A DNA stretch of 64,000 nucleotides from Acidobacteria bacterium 13_1_40CM_65_14 (GCA_001917905.1 MNEX01000110.1:526-64525), one strand, 5' to 3'; shown: positions 36,359 through 45,777, numbered from the stretch's first letter. Notes: generated from the sequence alone by a model not told the origin. Numbers and translations are program-made.

Positions 36359-38494
36359 TCACGACTGACACTTACCGCCGCCTTTGGTCTGCGTGCGGGT
36401 CTGTTGATTGCCGTCGACGACGATACTATCGGTCGATTTGAGGAAGGTCAACGTCTTGCCGGTCGTCTCGCGCTCGCACTCGTCGATGATCTTCACCGGC
36501 GCGCCGACGATGACGTAGCGCTCGTCGGCGGTGGTGTAGGTCATGCGCATGCCGGTGGTTTTCCGATTCTGCTCGCGCAACGTGACGTTGTCGTAGGCCT
36601 CGGCGCGATCGAGCTCGTCGCCTGACGGCTTCAAGTACAGCTCGATCTTCGCGGCGGTCATGTCGCCCTCGGGGCTGCTCATGTGCGCGTCGCCGGTGTA
36701 GGTGAGGCGCCGCGGCGCGTCTTCGTATGTGAGATCCTTGGCCGTCGCCACCGAGCGGACCCGTTCTTTCTTGTTCTCCTTGTTGGTCTGCTCGAGCATG
36801 GTGGCGCTGGTGACTGCCGACGCGGTGAGATCGCCGGTCTTCGAGTCGATCAGGATCGATTCGCCTTTGATCGACGTGTCGCCCTGCCAGAGCTGCGCTG
36901 CGCCGGTGTACGCCGTCTTCGACGTGGTGCCGTCGTAATCGAGAGCCGTCGCCGTTACGTTCACCGGCTGATCCTGTTTCAGCATGGACGGCATTTTCGC
37001 GGTGTTTTCTCCAGCGCGCGGGGCCCCGCCCCCACTCGCGCCGGCCTCGCCAGCCTTCTTCGTCGGCTGGAGCACGCTTTTCACTTTGTCGGTTCCCGTC
37101 GCCGTGGCTTGGACTTTCGGTCCGTCGAGCGTGACGTCGATCTTGGCGGCATCGACGGCGATCTGCTCGTTCACGACGCGCGGCGCGGCGGCGCCCGGTT
37201 CGGATCCACTGAGCTCCAAAGTGCCTTTGTCGACGTCGTAGCGGGCCGTCGCGGCGACCGCCAACAGCTTCCCTTCTTCGAAGCGCACCGTGTGCGTGAA
37301 CTTGGCGTCCTCGATCGCGCTCATGCCGCGCTTGAGTCCGACGTCGAGGGTCGCGGAGCTCGCGGCGCGATTCACGTTCTGTCCGCGCTCGCGGAACTGG
37401 ACGTTGCCGGAGAACAGCGCGCGCGTGAGGCCGCGGCCAGCCTCGCCCTTCGCATTGAGCGTCGCCGACTGAATCGTGCGGCCCGGCGTGTCCGCCTCTG
37501 GCGGGATCGTCAACCGCACGGCGTCACGCGCGACGAGCGCGGTGGGCGTCGAGCCGTCGCGATCGAGCGTGATGTCCATCATCCCGGCGACGATCTCGCG
37601 CCCGGCCTTCCCCGCTTCTCCCGCGACCTGAACGGACGCGGCGCTGCCGATCGTCGCGTGCTCGAGCGTCTCGTCGGCGGCGTATTTCAGCGTGACGTCA
37701 CGCCCGCTCAGCGCTTGCAGCGCGCCAGGAGCCGCCTTCGCCGTCGTGATTTTCGTGTCGCCCCGCAGCTCGATCATCTCGATGCGCTTGCCGTCCTCAC
37801 TCAGATGCGCGACGGCGGTGTCCGCCTCGATGAGTTGTTCCCCGCGCTGCATGCGGACGTTCTTGTCGAACTGCCGGTACCGCTCGCGCCGGGCGAACGT
37901 GGCATTGCCGGACGTAATCTCGGTCGCGCCGCCGCCTCCGTCTGCGGCCGTGGTGATGACCGCCTGATCGAGAATCGAGAGCACGTCGCGCTCGCGGTCG
38001 AACGTCATGCCGACGCCCTTCGCGGTGGTCTTTCCCTCGGTGAGCTCGACCGGACCCGGCGCGCGGACGGTGTTGTCGCTCTTCGCGAACGTCGCATGCT
38101 CGGTGTGCGCGCGAACCTCGGACGAGACGAGCTGGACGTCGCCGTTCAACACGATCGTCGAGCCGTCAGCGCCGACCTCCGCTTCCTTCCCGGAGGCCTT
38201 GAGCGTGCCCTTGCCGTCTTTCTCGTCGGCCGTGATCGTGACGCCGTAGAGCTTCATCGATCCGTTGGCGTATATCTGCTGCGTCTGGAATTCGACGCTG
38301 ACATCCTGACGAGACAATTTGAAGCGCTCGAGCCGGCCCCCGGCCACTTCAATGGCAGCGCCGGGGTCGGACCGAGGGATGGGCGTCGAGGCCGCCGGCG
38401 GGTGGCGCGGCTTCCACTGCCGAGCAACGATTACGACAAACACCACGGCGAACGCGGCGATGATCAGCCGGGCTCTTCGTTGCCAGCGTGTCAC
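36359..38494 (-). CDS. Giant LptC/LptA (OstA-fold) LPS transport protein, membrane-anchored, 711 aa
   Basis: GTG start and an N-terminal anchor LIIAAFAVVFVVIV. After that it is all-beta with repetitive OstA-like segments. It occupies the lptC-lptA position upstream of lptB-rpoN. Element B copy 4 lies in frame about 210 aa from the C-terminus. Confidence 0.7.
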   Translation of the reverse strand: MTRWQRRARLIIAAFAVVFVVIVARQWKPRHPPAASTPIPRSDPGAAIEVAGGRLERFKLSRQDVSVEFQTQQIYANGSMKLYGVTITADEKDGKGTLKASGKEAEVGADGSTIVLNGDVQLVSSEVRAHTEHATFAKSDNTVRAPGPVELTEGKTTAKGVGMTFDRERDVLSILDQAVITTAADGGGGATEITSGNATFARRERYRQFDKNVRMQRGEQLIEADTAVAHLSEDGKRIEMIELRGDTKITTAKAAPGALQALSGRDVTLKYAADETLEHATIGSAASVQVAGEAGKAGREIVAGMMDITLDRDGSTPTALVARDAVRLTIPPEADTPGRTIQSATLNAKGEAGRGLTRALFSGNVQFRERGQNVNRAASSATLDVGLKRGMSAIEDAKFTHTVRFEEGKLLAVAATARYDVDKGTLELSGSEPGAAAPRVVNEQIAVDAAKIDVTLDGPKVQATATGTDKVKSVLQPTKKAGEAGASGGGAPRAGENTAKMPSMLKQDQPVNVTATALDYDGTTSKTAYTGAAQLWQGDTSIKGESILIDSKTGDLTASAVTSATMLEQTNKENKKERVRSVATAKDLTYEDAPRRLTYTGDAHMSSPEGDMTAAKIELYLKPSGDELDRAEAYDNVTLREQNRKTTGMRMTYTTADERYVIVGAPVKIIDECERETTGKTLTFLKSTDSIVVDGNQQTRTQTKGGGKCQS
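37004..37062 (-). repeat. Dispersed element B, copy 4 (short), in frame inside the lptC/A ORF
   Basis: The minus strand reads ...GGCGCGAGTGGGGGCGGGGCCCCGCGCGCTGGAGAAAACACCGCGAAAATG, followed by an in-frame ATG at 36994. Confidence 0.55.
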
Positions 38495-38496
38495 AA

Positions 38497-38530
38497 CAGT
38501 TCAGACTTCAAACGTCAGACTTCAGACTGC
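38497..38530. repeat. Single-arm tandem repeat (TCAGACTTCA-type) at the recJ stop / lptC/A start
   Basis: cagttcagacttcaaacgtcagacttcagactgc. The recJ stop codon lies inside it. Confidence 0.6.
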
Positions 38531-40233
38531 CGGAGATCGGCGAGGGTCAGCTCGACGAACGTTTCTCCATTGTACTGATTCTGTTCGAGGGAGAAGGCGA
38601 CGTCGAGTGCCGCCTTGTGCTCGGTGAGGTAGTCGTGGCGCTCGGCCGCGCGCCAGGCGATGGCGCGGAAGATGCGGCCGTCCTGCTTGAGCGCCATCTT
38701 GAGGTGTCGCTCCTTCAGCTTGCGCGGACCATCGATGATCTCGACTCGTCTGGCGGCAAATACCGGTCGCGGGTTCCCGGCGCCGAAGGGCGCGAGCGCT
38801 GCGACGCCGTAGGCGACGTCGCCCGTGATGCCGCGGAACGTGAGGTCGCCGTCGATACGCAGCCGCGGCATGAGATCGTCAGGACCCAGCGTTTCGTCGG
38901 CGACGGCGTTCACGGCCAACCGCAGCTCTTTGATGCGCGACGCCTCGAGCGCCAGCCCCGCGGCTTGCCTGTGCCCGCCAAATCGCATGAGCAGGTGCGC
39001 GCATCGCTCGAGCGCACCGAGCATGTCGAACTTCGAAATGCTGCGGCACGACCCGTGGGCCACGCCGTCTTCGACCGACAACACAATGGCGGGACGATGG
39101 AACGCGTCGACGAGCTTGGAGGCCACGATGCCAATCACGCCCCGGTGCCAGCCGTCGCCGGCCACGACCAGCACGGACCGCGCGCCGATGTCCGGATCCG
39201 TTTGAACGATCTTTTTGGCGGCGGCGAGGATGTCCGCTTCTTCTTCCTGCCGCTTGAGGTTCTCGCCGTCGAGCGTCATCGCCAGCTGCCGCACTTCTTC
39301 CGCCATCGCTTCGTCGGCGGCGAGGAGCAGCCGCGTGGCGATGTCGGGCGTGCTCATGCGGCCGGCGGCGTTGACCCGCGGCGCCAGCAGGAACGAGATG
39401 TGATAGCTGTCGATCGTCTTGCCCGTCAGCCCTGAGATGTCGAGCAGCGATCGCAACCCGATCTTGTGCGGCCCGCGCGTCAGCAGATCGAGACCCAGTT
39501 TCGCGATCACGCGGTTCTCGCCGACGAGCGGGACGACGTCGGCCAGCGTGCCAATCGCCGCGACCTTGATGAAGCCCGGCATCCAGCCGTCCCGATCCGC
39601 GCGGCGGCAGAGGGCCTGCACCAGCTTCAGCGCGACGCCGACGCCGGCGAGGTACTTGTCCGGATAGCTGCAGTCGCGGCGCTTCGGATTGATGACCGCC
39701 AGGGCCGGCGGCAGCTCGGCGTCCGGTTCGTGGTGATCGGTGATGATCAGATCGACGCCGAGCTCGCGTGCCCGGCGCGCCGCCTCGGCGCCGCGAATAC
39801 CGCAGTCGACCGACACGACCAGCGCGACACCGTCCGCGTGGAGCCGCTCGATCGCGACGGGTTGCAGGCCGTAGCCGTCCTTCAATCGCTCCGGAATGAA
39901 GTGCACGACGTCGGCGCCGAGCATCTCCAGCGCGCGCCGCAGAATGACCGTCGACGTGATGCCATCCACGTCGTAGTCGCCGTGAATCGCGATCCGCTCC
40001 TTCCGCTCGATGGCGGCCATGATCCGATCGACCGCCACGCGCATGTCGGCGAGCAGCAGCGGATCGTGCAGGTGGTCGAGCGATGGATTGAGGAAGCGCT
40101 GCGCCGTTTCCGGATCGCCGAGGCCGCGCTGACACAGCAACCGCGCCACGATCGGCGCAATGCCAAGGACCGCCGCGAGGCGCTCGGAGGCCGGATCGTC
40201 ACAGGGTTGGAGATCCCAGCGCGGTGAAATCAT
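38515..40233 (-). CDS. recJ: Single-stranded-DNA-specific exonuclease RecJ
   Basis: DHH motifs IAIHGDYDVDGITS, VVSVDCG and IITDHH, plus DHHA1 GGHRQAAG. Confidence 0.9.
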   Translation of the reverse strand: MISPRWDLQPCDDPASERLAAVLGIAPIVARLLCQRGLGDPETAQRFLNPSLDHLHDPLLLADMRVAVDRIMAAIERKERIAIHGDYDVDGITSTVILRRALEMLGADVVHFIPERLKDGYGLQPVAIERLHADGVALVVSVDCGIRGAEAARRARELGVDLIITDHHEPDAELPPALAVINPKRRDCSYPDKYLAGVGVALKLVQALCRRADRDGWMPGFIKVAAIGTLADVVPLVGENRVIAKLGLDLLTRGPHKIGLRSLLDISGLTGKTIDSYHISFLLAPRVNAAGRMSTPDIATRLLLAADEAMAEEVRQLAMTLDGENLKRQEEEADILAAAKKIVQTDPDIGARSVLVVAGDGWHRGVIGIVASKLVDAFHRPAIVLSVEDGVAHGSCRSISKFDMLGALERCAHLLMRFGGHRQAAGLALEASRIKELRLAVNAVADETLGPDDLMPRLRIDGDLTFRGITGDVAYGVAALAPFGAGNPRPVFAARRVEIIDGPRKLKERHLKMALKQDGRIFRAIAWRAAERHDYLTEHKAALDVAFSLEQNQYNGETFVELTLADLRQSEV

Positions 40234-40278
40234 CCTCCTTCACTCAATCGGTACACGGGTTGCTCGATGCGCTTAATC

Positions 40279-40756
40279 AACACAAAGGGCACAAAGGACA
40301 CAAAGCTTTTTTATGGGACCGAACGCCGTGAGTCGTCGGGTCATCGGCTCCGCCATCAAAGTCCACAACGCTCTGGGCGCCGGTGTTCTCGAAAGCGCAT
40401 ACCACGCTTGCCTTTGTCATCAATTCGCCGAAGACGGCCTGCAGTTTCAACACCAGGTGCGGTTGCCGATCGTCTACGAAGGAGTCGAGCTGCCAGCTGT
40501 CTATCGGGTCGACTTCATCGTCGAAAAATGCCTCATCGTCGAGGTCAAGTGTGTGGAAAAACTGCTACCCGTTCACTCCGCGCAGCTGCTTTCCTACCTG
40601 CGACTAAGCGGCTACAAGCTCGGACTGCTAATCAACTTCAATGTTGCTCATCTCCGCGACGGCATCCGGCGGAAGATCAACGGTCCTGAAAGCGAGTTGT
40701 GACCGTCTCCTGAGGGGACTGGGTTTTCCCTTTGTGTCCTTTGTGTCCTTTGTGTT
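40279..40756 (+). mobile_element. Tandem-heptamer hairpin cassette carrying a GxxExxY ORF in its loop (putative selfish insertion)
   Basis: The left arm AACACAAAGGGCACAAAGGACACAAAG (40279-40305) and the right arm CCCTTTGTGTCCTTTGTGTCCTTTGTGTT (40728-40756) are inverted arrays of CACAAAG units. The interior has lower GC than its surroundings. Confidence 0.45.
40313..40702 (+). CDS. GxxExxY protein (PD-(D/E)XK nuclease-like small protein family)
   Basis: 129 aa with HNALGAGVLESAYHACL (G-x-x-E-x-x-Y) and RVDFIVEKCLIVEVK (D...E-x-K-like), followed by QLLSYLRLSGYKLGLLINF. Confidence 0.8.
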   Translation: MGPNAVSRRVIGSAIKVHNALGAGVLESAYHACLCHQFAEDGLQFQHQVRLPIVYEGVELPAVYRVDFIVEKCLIVEVKCVEKLLPVHSAQLLSYLRLSGYKLGLLINFNVAHLRDGIRRKINGPESEL

Positions 40757-40790
40757 CACTCAGCGATGGAACAAGCTACCCGTCCGAGTA

Positions 40791-41762
40791 TCAGCTTCCC
40801 TCGTCGCGGAAATCGGTTCCCAACCGGCCCATGTTCCGGAACTTGTCATAACGGAGGGCCAGCCGCGTCTCCCCATCCAGCGCGCTCACGTCGCTCAACA
40901 TTCTGGTGAGCACATCGTCGACCTGCTTGGCGGCGGCAGCGGGATCGGTGTGAGCGCCGCCGATCGGCTCGCCGATGATCTCGTCGATGATGCCGGCGTG
41001 AAGCAGATCCGGCGCCGTGAGCTTGAGCGCTGCCGCGGCTTCGATTTTCTTGGTGGCATCGCGCCACAGGATGGCGGCGCAGCCTTCGGGCGGAATCACG
41101 CTGTAGATCGCGAACTCCTGCATCAGCACCCGATCGCCAATTGCGATGCCGAGCGCGCCACCGCTGCCGCCTTCGCCGCTGACGATGACGACGATCGGCG
41201 TGTCGAGCATCATCATGTCGCGCAGGTTGACCGCAATCGCCTCGGCGACGCCGCGCTCCTCGGACTCGATGCCGGGATACGCCGCCGGCGTGTCGACGAA
41301 GACGATGATCGGGCGGCTGAATTTCTCGGCGAGGCGCATCGCGCGCAGCGCCTTGCGGTACCCTTCGGGCCGCGCGTACCCGAAGTTCCGGTAGATCTTC
41401 TCCTTGGTGTCGCGGCCCTTGACGTGACCCACGAGCAGCACCGGCCGATCTTTGTAATCCGCAAAGCCGGTCATGATGGCGTGGTCGTCGGCGTAGCGGC
41501 GATCGCCGTGGATCTCGACGAAATTCGTGAACAACCGGTGGATGAAATCTTCGAGGTCGGGCCGGCTCGGATGGCGCGCGACGAGCACCCGCTGCCACGG
41601 CGTCAGCGAGCGATAGAGCTCGGCGCGGACCGACTCGACGCGCCGCCGCAGCACCTCGATCTCACGATCGCGCGCGTCGGTGCGCGGCTGGAGCGTCAAC
41701 GCCTCGATCTCCTTCAGGAGAACGGCGATCGGCTCCTCGAATTCGAGGTTCTCCAGAGCCAT
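40791..41762 (-). CDS. accA: Acetyl-CoA carboxylase carboxyltransferase subunit alpha
   Basis: LTPWQRVLVARHPSRP, IIVFVDTPAAYPGIESEERG and SGEGGSGGALGIA. Confidence 0.9.
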   Translation of the reverse strand: MALENLEFEEPIAVLLKEIEALTLQPRTDARDREIEVLRRRVESVRAELYRSLTPWQRVLVARHPSRPDLEDFIHRLFTNFVEIHGDRRYADDHAIMTGFADYKDRPVLLVGHVKGRDTKEKIYRNFGYARPEGYRKALRAMRLAEKFSRPIIVFVDTPAAYPGIESEERGVAEAIAVNLRDMMMLDTPIVVIVSGEGGSGGALGIAIGDRVLMQEFAIYSVIPPEGCAAILWRDATKKIEAAAALKLTAPDLLHAGIIDEIIGEPIGGAHTDPAAAAKQVDDVLTRMLSDVSALDGETRLALRYDKFRNMGRLGTDFRDEGS

Positions 41763-41777
41763 CTACAGCAGGTCTCT

Positions 41778-41879
41778 CCACGAAAACACGAAACCGCGAA
41801 AACACCCTTCGACGAGCTCAGGGCAAGCGCCTGTGGTGAGCGTGTCGAACCATGGTTTCGTGCTTTCGTGGTTTCGTGG
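41778..41879. repeat. Hairpin with tandem-heptamer arms (CGAAAAC-type) between accA and dnaE
   Basis: Left arm CCACGAAAACACGAAACCGCGAAAACAC and right arm GGTTTCGTGCTTTCGTGGTTTCGTGG. The 48-nt loop has nested stems TTCGAC/GTCGAA and GCTCA/TGAGC. Confidence 0.85.
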
Positions 41880-41896
41880 CCGATCGTCGTGGCTGT

Positions 41897-44800
41897 TCAT
41901 CGCAGCTCCACGGATCCGGCGCCGACCACCTGCTCCAGTTCGGCGATCAGGTTCGGCGACGGCCGTACGCGAATCTGTGAGCTGACCTCGACTTTGACCC
42001 GCAGCCGGTTCGGCGGCTCGCCGGTTTCGACCTCGAACGATACCTTGCGGTCGCCGCGGTGGCGCGAAAAGATTTCGCCGAGCGTCTCGAGCGTGTTCCG
42101 GTCGGCCGGCTTGCGCAGGTGGATCGCGACCTCGCGCGCCAGACGCTCGCGGACGCTGTCGATCGGCGTGATCTCCGACGCGAGAATGCGCACCGTCTCG
42201 TCGTCTCGTTCCAGCTTCCCGCGGACGAGGACCATCGTGCCGGTCTCGATCAAGCCGGCGCTACGCTGATACGTTTCAGGGAACGCGATAACTTCGACGC
42301 CGCCTTGCGAATCCTCGAGGGTGAACACCGCCATGCGATCGCCCTTGCGCGTTTTGAGCTGACGGCACGCGGCGACGATGCCGCCGATGCTGGTGTCGGG
42401 CTCGATCGGCTTCGGTCCGGCCGGGCCCCAACCGTTGTCGCGCGAAGCGCCCGGCTGAACGTCCGCGAGCTCGGCGACCGACTTCGCGCCGAGCTCTTTC
42501 AGCGCCGGCGCGTACCGATCGACCGGATGGCCGCTCCAGTACAGGCCGAGCGTCTCTTTCTCAAAGGCCAACTGCTCGGCATCGGTCCACGGTTTCGCAT
42601 CGGGTAGCGTGACGCCTCGCCCGGGGACGGTCTGAAGCCCGTCCCCTTCATCCGATGGGTGGCCATCGTCGAAGCCGCCGAACAACTGGGCCTGGCCTTG
42701 ATCGCGATCGCGCTGGGCGCGCGCCCCGTACTCGCACGCGCCGTCGACGGCCGCGAGCAGCCGCGGCCTCAAGGCGACCGACGGAAGCGACTCGTAGGCC
42801 GTGCCCTTCGCAAGCGAGTCGAACGCCCCCGCCTTCGTCAGGCTCTCGAACACGCGCTTGTTGACGAGCCGCAGGTCGAGGTCCTCGCATAGCGAGACGA
42901 GCGACGTGATGCGGCCCTGCTTCTTTCGCACGTCGAGGAGCGACTGAATCGCGCCTTCGCCGACGTTCTTGATCGCGAACAGCCCAAACCGGACGCCGTG
43001 GCCTGGTTCGACGGTGAACCGCAGCTGGCTTTCGTTGATGTCCGGCGGCAGCACCGGAATTCCGCGTTCGCGGCACTCGCCGAGGTACAGCGCGAGCTTG
43101 TCGGTGTTCTCCGCTTCGATCGTCAACAGCGACGCAGCGAAGTGCCACGGGTAATTCGCCTTCAGATACGCGGTCTGGTAGGCGAGAAACGCGTAGGCCG
43201 TCGAGTGCGCTTTCGGGAATCCGTAACCGGCGAAGTGCTCCATCAAGTCGAAAATCTGCCCGGCCTTCTTGTCGTTGACGCTGTTTTTCTTCGCGCCCTC
43301 GACGAACTTGCCGCGCTGCTTCGCCATCACCTCAGGGTTCTTCTTGCCCATCGCCTTGCGGAGGATGTCGGCTTCGCCGAGCGTGAAGCCGGCGAGCTCG
43401 CGCGCGATCCGCATCACCTGTTCCTGATACGCGATGACGCCGTAGGTCTCGCGAAGAATCGGCTCGAGCTGCGGCAGCTCGTACTTGACTTCGGTCTTGC
43501 CCTGCTTGCGCGCGATGTAGTCGTCGACCATGCCGCTGCGAAGCGGTCCCGGCCGGTACAGCGCGTTCAACGCGATGAGATCCTCGAGCGTGTGCGGCTT
43601 CGCCTTCCGCAGAATGTCGCGCATGCCGCTCGATTCGAACTGGAAGATGCCGTAGGTCTGGCCGTCCTGAAAGATCTGATACGTTTTTGCATCGTCGAGC
43701 GGCACGCGGCCGATGTCGAGCTCCTCGCCCGTCGTCTGTTCGATCGCCGCCACGGCGTCGGTGATGAGCGTCAGCGTGCTGAGGCCGAGGAAGTCCATCT
43801 TCAGCAGGCCCACGCGCTCGATGTCCTTCATCGACCACTGCGTGACGATTTCGTCGTGGGCGCCGCGATAGAGCGGCGCGTACTCCGTGATCGCCCGCGG
43901 CGCAATCACGACGCCGGCGGCGTGCACGGACGCATGGCGAGTCATGCCTTCGAGGCGCTTGGCGACGCTGAGCAGCTCCTTGACCTTCGGATCGTTCTGC
44001 TCCATCTGCCGCAGCGGCTCGCTCTCCTCGAGCGCCTTGTCGAGCGTCATGTCGAGCGCTGCGGGAATCAGCTTCGCGACCTTGTCGACGTCCGCAAACG
44101 GCATCTCGAGCACGCGGCCGACGTCGCGCACGACGGCCTTCGCCTTCATCGTCCCGAACGTGATGATCTGCGCGACGTTCTCGCGGCCGTACTTCTGCGT
44201 GACGTACTCGATGACCTCGCCGCGGCGCCGCTCGCAGAAGTCGATGTCGATGTCCGGCATCGACACGCGCTCGGGGTTCAGAAACCGCTCGAAAATGAGG
44301 TCGAAGTCCAGCGGATCGACGTCGGTGATGCGAAGACAGTAGGCCACCAGGCTGCCGGCGGCGGATCCGCGGCCCGGCCCGACCGGAATGCCGCGCTCGC
44401 GCGCGTAGCGGATGAAGTCCCAGACGATCAGGAAGTATCCCGGATACTTCATCTTCTTGATCATCTCGACTTCGTACGAGAGGCGGCGCTCGTACTCGTC
44501 GATGGTGTGGCGCAGCGCACCTGACGCCGACAGCTGTTGCAGCCGTGGAAGCCGATGCGTGAATCCTTCGCGGACAACATGCTCGAAGTAATCGTCGAGT
44601 GTGAATCCGGCCGGCACGTCGAAGTTCGGCAGGTAGTTCTCGCCTTCGCCGATCGTCACGTCGCAGCGGTCGGCGATGCGGACCGTGTTGGCGACCGCGT
44701 CCGGGAAATCCTTGAAGACGTCCGCCATCTCCTCTGATGTTTTCAGGAAGAATTGCCGCGCCTCGTAGCGCAACCGCTTCGGATCACTGAAAGCTTTGCC

Positions 44801-45478
44801 CGTGCCGATGCACAGCAGGATGTCATGTGGATGCGCGTCGCTGTCGCGCAGGTAGTGGACGTCGTTGGTGCAGACGAGGCCCAGGCCGAGATCCTTCGCA
44901 ATCGCCGGGATGCCGCTGTTGACGACGCGCTGCTCCTCGATGCCGTGCCACTGCATCTCGAGAAAAAAGTTCTCGGGGCCGAGGATGTCCTTGTACGCGG
45001 CCGCCGCGTCGCGCGCTTTCCTCTCCTGCTGATGCGAGAGGCCCTCGGCGACCTCGCCTTTCAAGCAGCTGCTGAGACCGATGAGACCCTTGGCATGCTG
45101 CGCGAGCAGCTCCTTGTCGATGCGAGGCTTGTAGTAGAAACCTTCGGTGTACCCGGCCGACACGAGCTTGATCAGATTGTGGTAGCCCTCGCTGGTCTCG
45201 GCGAGCAGCACGAGATGATTCGCCGTCTCCCCCGGATTCCCGCTCTTGTGACGGCGATCGCCCGGCGCGACGTACACCTCACACCCGAGAATCGGCTTCA
45301 CGCCCTTCTTGCGGGCCTGATCGTGGAACATCACCGACGAAAAGAGGTTCCCGTGCTCGGTGATCGCAATCGCCGGCATCTTCAGCTTCGCTGCGTGGTC
45401 CAGCAGCTCGTCGATGCGGCACGCGCCGTCGAGCAGCGAGAACTCGGTGTGGAGATGCAAATGAACGAATTCGGTCAT
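41897..45478 (-). CDS. dnaE: DNA polymerase III alpha subunit
   Basis: N-terminal PHP domain FVHLHLHTEFSLLDGA and a 1193-aa collinear DnaE architecture including the OB-fold region. Confidence 0.95.
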   Translation of the reverse strand: MTEFVHLHLHTEFSLLDGACRIDELLDHAAKLKMPAIAITEHGNLFSSVMFHDQARKKGVKPILGCEVYVAPGDRRHKSGNPGETANHLVLLAETSEGYHNLIKLVSAGYTEGFYYKPRIDKELLAQHAKGLIGLSSCLKGEVAEGLSHQQERKARDAAAAYKDILGPENFFLEMQWHGIEEQRVVNSGIPAIAKDLGLGLVCTNDVHYLRDSDAHPHDILLCIGTGKAFSDPKRLRYEARQFFLKTSEEMADVFKDFPDAVANTVRIADRCDVTIGEGENYLPNFDVPAGFTLDDYFEHVVREGFTHRLPRLQQLSASGALRHTIDEYERRLSYEVEMIKKMKYPGYFLIVWDFIRYARERGIPVGPGRGSAAGSLVAYCLRITDVDPLDFDLIFERFLNPERVSMPDIDIDFCERRRGEVIEYVTQKYGRENVAQIITFGTMKAKAVVRDVGRVLEMPFADVDKVAKLIPAALDMTLDKALEESEPLRQMEQNDPKVKELLSVAKRLEGMTRHASVHAAGVVIAPRAITEYAPLYRGAHDEIVTQWSMKDIERVGLLKMDFLGLSTLTLITDAVAAIEQTTGEELDIGRVPLDDAKTYQIFQDGQTYGIFQFESSGMRDILRKAKPHTLEDLIALNALYRPGPLRSGMVDDYIARKQGKTEVKYELPQLEPILRETYGVIAYQEQVMRIARELAGFTLGEADILRKAMGKKNPEVMAKQRGKFVEGAKKNSVNDKKAGQIFDLMEHFAGYGFPKAHSTAYAFLAYQTAYLKANYPWHFAASLLTIEAENTDKLALYLGECRERGIPVLPPDINESQLRFTVEPGHGVRFGLFAIKNVGEGAIQSLLDVRKKQGRITSLVSLCEDLDLRLVNKRVFESLTKAGAFDSLAKGTAYESLPSVALRPRLLAAVDGACEYGARAQRDRDQGQAQLFGGFDDGHPSDEGDGLQTVPGRGVTLPDAKPWTDAEQLAFEKETLGLYWSGHPVDRYAPALKELGAKSVAELADVQPGASRDNGWGPAGPKPIEPDTSIGGIVAACRQLKTRKGDRMAVFTLEDSQGGVEVIAFPETYQRSAGLIETGTMVLVRGKLERDDETVRILASEITPIDSVRERLAREVAIHLRKPADRNTLETLGEIFSRHRGDRKVSFEVETGEPPNRLRVKVEVSSQIRVRPSPNLIAELEQVVGAGSVELR

Positions 45479-45651
45479 TACTCGGTGTCCGCGTCCGCGC
45501 GCCGAACCAGCTCCTTCAGGCGAGCACGATCACGCTCTGGATCGGCACTCCTCTTGATAAGGCGGCCCTCGATGCGAATCACCTTTGGCTTGACTCCGCT
45601 TCCGGTCGTCGTTTTTCTCTCCTTCGAATCCGATACGCCCGTTTTAGCCAC
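45478..45651 (-). CDS. Hypothetical 57-aa basic protein, with its stop overlapping the dnaE ATG (TAATG)
   Basis: GTG start 5 nt after GAGG. Translation: VAKTGVSDSKERKTTTGSGVKPKVIRIEGRLIKRSADPERDRARLKELVRRADADTE. It is below the ORF-track cutoff, and I found it by reading the minus strand. Confidence 0.3.
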   Translation of the reverse strand: MAKTGVSDSKERKTTTGSGVKPKVIRIEGRLIKRSADPERDRARLKELVRRADADTE

Positions 45652-45657
45652 GCTGCC

Positions 45658-45774
45658 TCACTTGTCTCTTGGAACCGGCGGTTCATCGCGAATGATCGGT
45701 CGCGTCGGTATCTTCACGATGGTCGGCTTTCGCGGTTCATGGTCCTGGGGCTCGTCATCGTCAGGCTGTGGCAT
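45658..45774 (-). CDS. Hypothetical 38-aa acidic/Pro-rich peptide
   Basis: ATG 6 nt after GGAGG. Translation: MPQPDDDEPQDHEPRKPTIVKIPTRPIIRDEPPVPRDK. Very short, with no family recognised. Confidence 0.25.
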   Translation of the reverse strand: MPQPDDDEPQDHEPRKPTIVKIPTRPIIRDEPPVPRDK

Positions 45775-45777
45775 AAG

